From IMG/VR virus record IMGVR_UViG_3300020474_000001, positions 124,001 to 188,000 of that record: a stretch of DNA of 64,000 bases; one strand, 5' to 3'. Positions 60,271-64,000 of this stretch are shown here, piece after piece. How positions within the stretch are numbered: position 1 is the first letter of the stretch; each line of letters starts with the position of its first letter. The position numbers were made by a program, and so were the translations under genes. Under the pieces are notes generated by a model. The model saw only the letters and a list, made by a program, of their open reading frames with translations. It did no database searches and was not told the origin of the DNA.

Positions 60271-61011
60271 TCACACCCCGGCATGCTGTTGCTTATATGG
60301 TTTCAAAAATGCGGCGTTAAGTTTTACTTTAGCGTTAAGATTCGACTCCTTTGACTGACCGCCGTGCAGCAACAGTGCAAAGGGACCATCCATGAAACAG
60401 CGTTCTTCGTGGCGGTACTCGACACCGTCAATTGGCAGATTCAGTTCTGCCGCTTCTGCAATATCCTGCACGACCTTTACATAGCGAGGGAACCTGCCAG
60501 CATCAATTAATGCATCATATCTGCCGCCATAAGATGCTGTCATATAGAAATTATCAGGCAAAATAACACTGCGGAACAAGTGCAACGACTTAGAGTAGCA
60601 ATAGAATTTAAGACCTGGCATTCTCTTGGCGACCTTAATCCATGCTTTTAAATACTCAATATTGAAAAAATCACCAGACTCATGTATACGAATGCGAGTA
60701 TACTTACGGCGGCGCTTCTTTAACTCTACCTGAATCGATTGATAGATTAACTCCTCAATATTGTCACTAGCATTAATTAAATCAAAATTATGCTTTCGTG
60801 CATCATAAACTGCAGGATATTGTGCTTCAGCACGGGCAGCGAAACAAGTGAATTCAGTGTTATCACCACGCACTAGATTGCGCTTGCCGCTGTTAACAAC
60901 TGCCCATGCCCTACACTTATCAGCACCGGGACAGGTTCTACCCGCAGGCAGGTTGAAAATCAAGGTGTCGGGGTGCAGTTTAGCGTTGCCAGCGGAGAAC
61001 TTAAGAAGCAT
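60271..61011 (-). CDS. GP88-like (radical-SAM-related, Cys-containing) phage protein
   Basis: FSAGNAKL, FNLPAGRTCPGADKC...CFAA, RIRIHESGDFF, FYCYSKS; start MLLK at 61011. Confidence 0.75.
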   Translation of the reverse strand: MLLKFSAGNAKLHPDTLIFNLPAGRTCPGADKCRAWAVVNSGKRNLVRGDNTEFTCFAARAEAQYPAVYDARKHNFDLINASDNIEELIYQSIQVELKKRRRKYTRIRIHESGDFFNIEYLKAWIKVAKRMPGLKFYCYSKSLHLFRSVILPDNFYMTASYGGRYDALIDAGRFPRYVKVVQDIAEAAELNLPIDGVEYRHEERCFMDGPFALLLHGGQSKESNLNAKVKLNAAFLKPYKQQHAGV

Positions 61012-61150
61012 GGATCTGAGGTCGATTGATACCAGTATTGCCGGGATTCGCATGCATGCTGGGGTCATTGTGCCACTATGCCAACTGGTTTGAAACGTTA
61101 CAAGATGTTAAAGGTTCGTGAATCTGCCGCACTTCCCCCATCCGATACGC

Positions 61151-61235
61151 TATGATGTGGGAACAACAGAAGGAGGGGCAGGGCAGCCCTGATGACGAAA
61201 AAAGGCGACACTCACCCTGCAACGAAATAATCATA
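61151..61235 (+). other. Repeated element copy 2; contains 12-codon ORF 61192-61230 (MTKKGDTHPATK)
   Basis: TATGAT(+) ... GGGCAGCCCTGATGACG...CGACACTCACCCTGC ... TATGAT(-). Confidence 0.7.
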
Positions 61236-61291
61236 AGATATGTGACACTTTATGAACTGTCACAGTGCCACTTTTATATGTGGTTTTATTA

Positions 61292-61358
61292 CATAATTGT
61301 ATTTTATGGCAGGGTAAGTGGCGATCGTTGTCGTCTTCGGTGCTACCTCACACCTCAA
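61292..61358 (-). other. Repeated element copy 4 (inverted; AAG in place of ATG, no in-register stop)
   Basis: Minus strand reads GAGGTGTGAGGTAGCACCGAAGACGACAACGATCGCCACTTACCCTGCCATAAAA. Confidence 0.65.
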
Positions 61359-61489
61359 TAAATTGTAACAATCAGAGCATAATGGTGTTTCCCAACTGAT
61401 CGTATCTTAGCACAGCAGGAGCAGATCCGTGACCCACTCCGTAACATAATGAAATATTATCACTTTGCCAGCATAGAGTTTGAGTGATA

Positions 61490-61714
61490 TTATTCTTCCT
61501 CCTCCTCTACTTTTACGACCTTGAGTTTACCTGCGGCAATAAGATCCAACAGCATACCAGTCGATCCCTTCAAAATACCGTCTCCGTCAATACGCAGACA
61601 CTGAAATTCTTTGGCAATGTCATCTACAATGTCCGGCGTTATTTCCCCACAACGGATGGCATATACTCGTCTTGTATGCTCGTCGTTGATGTCAAGACCC
61701 AAATAGTTTCTCAT
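61490..61714 (-). CDS. Putative early hypothetical protein
   Basis: ORF track; plausible composition; acidic tail. Confidence 0.6.
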   Translation of the reverse strand: MRNYLGLDINDEHTRRVYAIRCGEITPDIVDDIAKEFQCLRIDGDGILKGSTGMLLDLIAAGKLKVVKVEEEEE

Positions 61715-61765
61715 GATGATGAAGATGAAGATGATGTTAGCGAAGGTGATGATTGTGAAGGTGAT

Positions 61766-62002
61766 TCAATACTGTGGATCAATGAACATAACAGTGCAGG
61801 ATCCACGCGGACGAAGAATAATGGTTTCGCCACATTCTTCTCGGTCACATTTCACTCCAGATAATCCTATTGCTTCCTTACATGCTAGGACAATCTGTCG
61901 ATCAGTGGCACAATCTGAGAGACTAATTGTCTCCCGATCACACCAACTGTAGTTTGCTTCACCACCGAATGTGTCAGTGTACTCAACCTTAAAGTTCTGC
62001 AT
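61766..62002 (-). CDS. Putative early hypothetical protein (YTDTFGGEANYSW motif)
   Basis: VEYTDTFGGEANYSWC...AIGLSGVKC...LRPRGSCTVMFI. Confidence 0.8.
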   Translation of the reverse strand: MQNFKVEYTDTFGGEANYSWCDRETISLSDCATDRQIVLACKEAIGLSGVKCDREECGETIILRPRGSCTVMFIDPQY

Positions 62003-62040
62003 GATTCAAAAAAAGAATAAAGTTTGCGGGTAAAATCTTA

Positions 62041-62304
62041 TCAGGTGTGAGTGCTACCATCAGGTAACATGCAACCGTGAAGACCACAATTTGGCAAAAT
62101 ACCTTCGATGATGACACTGTAGGTGCCATTATGATGGTTTCCTTGCACATCTTCCTCCACCATTAACCCCTGCATAAGTTCAACAACACTCTTGCCTGTT
62201 TGTATGCTCCACATAGAAAACTTTGCGAGTTGCTGATAAGTCAGAACCTGGAAGTGATCACCCAGGGTTCCATCAGATTCGAGAAGTGGTGCTCTGTAAC
62301 GCAT
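62041..62304 (-). CDS. Putative early hypothetical protein
   Basis: ORF track; preceded by palindromic sites at 62340-62385. Confidence 0.65.
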   Translation of the reverse strand: MRYRAPLLESDGTLGDHFQVLTYQQLAKFSMWSIQTGKSVVELMQGLMVEEDVQGNHHNGTYSVIIEGILPNCGLHGCMLPDGSTHT

Positions 62305-62393
62305 TTGGTTGGTTGCGATTGATATAAGTATGGGTCAGAGTGGACAACTTATCAACCTCAGAGTGACAGTTTGCCAAGTGTCCACTAATGTTA

Positions 62394-62759
62394 TCAAGCG
62401 ATTGCCCTTTCTATCATTTTAATAATAAGTTCACTTGGCGCTACAATATCATTAACTACGCTTTCTTCCCCCGTTGCTTCTAAGGGAACACAAGTTAAGT
62501 GCATCTTCCAATCATATTTTCTATTGTTGAAGAACAACATAGAATAATCTACAGCATCGACAATATCAGCACCGATAACAGCAAGGGATTTTGTATTCTT
62601 TTCTTTGCTAACTTTCCATTCTTTGACAGGTTCCATACCTTCGCCGTCGAGAACATCAAACGCAACAAGATTCCAACCTGCATCATCAAGTTTGCGAATA
62701 ATCTTCCGGGCGTTGCTGCATGTCTTGGAGATTGCCATGGGGTTGATGTAACTGAACAT
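62394..62759 (-). CDS. Putative early hypothetical protein
   Basis: ORF track; preceded by the leader cassette and a palindrome at 62762-62819. Confidence 0.65.
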   Translation of the reverse strand: MFSYINPMAISKTCSNARKIIRKLDDAGWNLVAFDVLDGEGMEPVKEWKVSKEKNTKSLAVIGADIVDAVDYSMLFFNNRKYDWKMHLTCVPLEATGEESVVNDIVAPSELIIKMIERAIA

Positions 62760-62848
62760 ATAATCATCGAGATCTCAGGACCAATCAATACCAGCTGTGA
62801 CAGTTCACCAAGTGTCCACCGATGCCCTCAGAGGCACCTAGGAGGCGC

Positions 62849-62932
62849 TATAATATAAACAAATCAGAAGAGAGGTGGGGTAACCTCGATGACAACAAAT
62901 ATCGACACTACTCCTGCCATAAAATAATTATA
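62849..62932 (+). other. Repeated element copy 3; contains 12-codon ORF 62889-62927 (MTTNIDTTPAIK)
   Basis: TATAAT(+) ... GGGGTAACCTCGATGACA...CGACACTACTCCTGCC ... TATAAT(-). Confidence 0.7.
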
Positions 62933-62947
62933 TCAAAATGTAACAAT

Positions 62948-63136
62948 GTGCCAGTTTGCCAAGTGTCACAGTGCCAGTTCATAAACTGTCCACTCGGTCC
63001 TACTGCCTCCCTCCCGTGCTCCACCCTTCCACTGTAGGGGCTGCTGCCCGCTGCTGCTGTATAAACCACTACGATTTTATAAATTGTCACAAAGACACAT
63101 AAAGCACTGGCACTGGACAGTTCTCGAAGTGTCCAC
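62948..63136. promoter_or_regulatory. Cluster of palindromic operator-like sites
   Basis: GTGCCAGTT-tgcc-AAGTGTCAC (62948), GTGCCAGTT-cata-AACTGTCCAC (62971), TGGACAGTT-ctcg-AAGTGTCCAC (63114). Confidence 0.75.
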
Positions 63137-63179
63137 TGTGTGAAAATCGCGACCTTATGAATTTTTATGGCGGGGGTGC

Positions 63180-63208
63180 TTGACAAAACGGCGATCGTGT
63201 GATAACAT
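63180..63208 (+). promoter_or_regulatory. Sigma70-type promoter with no obvious downstream ORF
   Basis: TTGACA-17nt-TAACAT. Confidence 0.6.
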
Positions 63209-63240
63209 GCTGCCCAAGATCACAAGGTCTCAGAGGGTTT

Positions 63241-63280
63241 CATAAGACTTTACATAAGACTTTACATAAGACTTTACATA
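63241..63280. repeat. 12-bp tandem repeat CATAAGACTTTA x3 plus a partial unit
   Basis: Units at 63241, 63253, 63265, partial at 63277. Confidence 0.95.
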
Positions 63281-63720
63281 ACAATTCAAAATATAAACAC
63301 TACTTATATTAGATATAAGAAAAACAAATACATCATCCCTTAGCAGACAAATACATACATGTCAAGAGATAAGTTACAAAATTTAAGATAATTTTTGTTA
63401 CATATTATTTTCCACAATTCCACAGAGTTATTCCACAAGATGATGATTATGAAGATGATGATGATAATGAAGATGATATGTATGCCCGTGAAGATGATAC
63501 TCTAGATGCTTCGTAGATACTCTGTAGCACCTTCCTAGACACTACTGAGTGCATTTGAATAAAAAACGAAAGTATATTTATTTAACCATTTTTTATATGT
63601 TTTTGCACTATTTTGTAGGTAATAATGCTCAAATATATGACTGAAGATGACATTTAGTCTTTTCTCCATCACGGGACTGTCATAAATGCCCTGGTGGTCA
63701 TGCTGCTGCTGAAGATGACA

Positions 63721-63749
63721 TAAAAAAAGGAGAGTATTAACTACTCTCC
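63721..63749 (-). terminator. Intrinsic terminator after the His-rich gene
   Basis: GGAGAGTA-N5-TACTCTCC perfect stem plus T-run on the minus strand. Confidence 0.85.
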
Positions 63750-63767
63750 ATATATTATGCTTAATCA

Positions 63768-63998
63768 TCAATGAAAGTGAGTTTTTATTGTATAGTGATA
63801 AGATCTAATACCATGATGTTTGTGACCATCTCCGTGCTTATGTTTGTGCTTATGAGTAATACCTGATTTGAAATGAGTATGCCAATGATTGTGCTTAATT
63901 ACATGAACATGATAATGTTTATGATGTCCATGTCCATGATGTTTAGTATGAGCAAATGCTGGGGCAGTTGTAATCAGCAGACCAGCAGTGAGAAAGAG
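63768..63998 (-). CDS. Secreted histidine-rich peptide (5' end outside window)
   Basis: Manual translation ...LFLTAGLLITTAPAFA|HTKHHGHGHHKHYHVHVIKHNHWHTHFKSGITHKHKHKHGDGHKHHGIRSYHYTIKTHFH*; AxA signal-peptidase site. Confidence 0.8.
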   Translation of the reverse strand, partial: LFLTAGLLITTAPAFAHTKHHGHGHHKHYHVHVIKHNHWHTHFKSGITHKHKHKHGDGHKHHGIRSYHYTIKTHFH

Positions 63999-64000
63999 AA

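Noticed and set aside
61189-61225. Hammerhead ribozyme (CTGATGA-C-GAAA core)
   Set aside because: No stem II, no stem III pairing to a UH site, and GAAA is absent in the other copies (copy 4 also lacks CTGATGA).
60052-63136. CRISPR array or mini-array
   Set aside because: Repeats are degenerate, irregularly spaced and interleaved with genes, with no constant repeat-spacer period and no cas genes.
63433-63516. Plus-strand Asp-rich reading frame (PQDDDYEDDDD...)
   Set aside because: No start codon before the upstream in-frame stop; treated as a low-complexity GAT repeat, similar to 61713-61760.
63535-63771. 78-aa minus-strand ORF from the track
   Set aside because: Its start overlaps the His-rich gene stop and the frame runs through a strong terminator hairpin; no RBS. 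At most a shorter downstream part could be real.
1-64000. tRNA or rRNA genes
   Set aside because: No cloverleaf with a T-loop GTTCRA and CCA end was recognised; this was a visual check only, and tRNAscan was not run.

Overview
A 64-kb segment of a T4-like cyanomyovirus (Kyanoviridae-type) genome; the host is probably marine Synechococcus (inference). Almost all genes lie on the minus strand. From left to right: (1) a replication module (regA, g62, g44, g45, cobS plus a vWA partner, g46, g47, g55, uvsW, uvsY) interleaved with two DNA methyltransferases, each directly preceded by a small PD-(D/E)XK nuclease-like ORF; (2) the head, tail and packaging block (g3, g23-g13); (3) a very large DUF4815-type structural protein and the baseplate wedge genes g8, g7, g6, g25, with a sulfotransferase inserted between g7 and g8; (4) an AT-rich repeat/hairpin junction near 59 kb; (5) a putative early region of small genes separated by repeated regulatory DNA. 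The most striking signal is in the early region. A ~55-bp element occurs in four copies plus one partial copy. Three copies sit between convergent -10 boxes spanning 84-86 bp, and each of the three contains a 12-codon ORF (MTPTVATPPAIN, MTKKGDTHPATK, MTTNIDTTPAIK). The copies are embedded in a network of GTG(A/C)CA(G/C)TT-N4-AA(C/G)TG(T/G)C(C)AC palindromes. Other items of interest are a secreted His-rich peptide at the right edge and an NblA-like small protein. All calls come from reading motifs by eye; no database searches were run.
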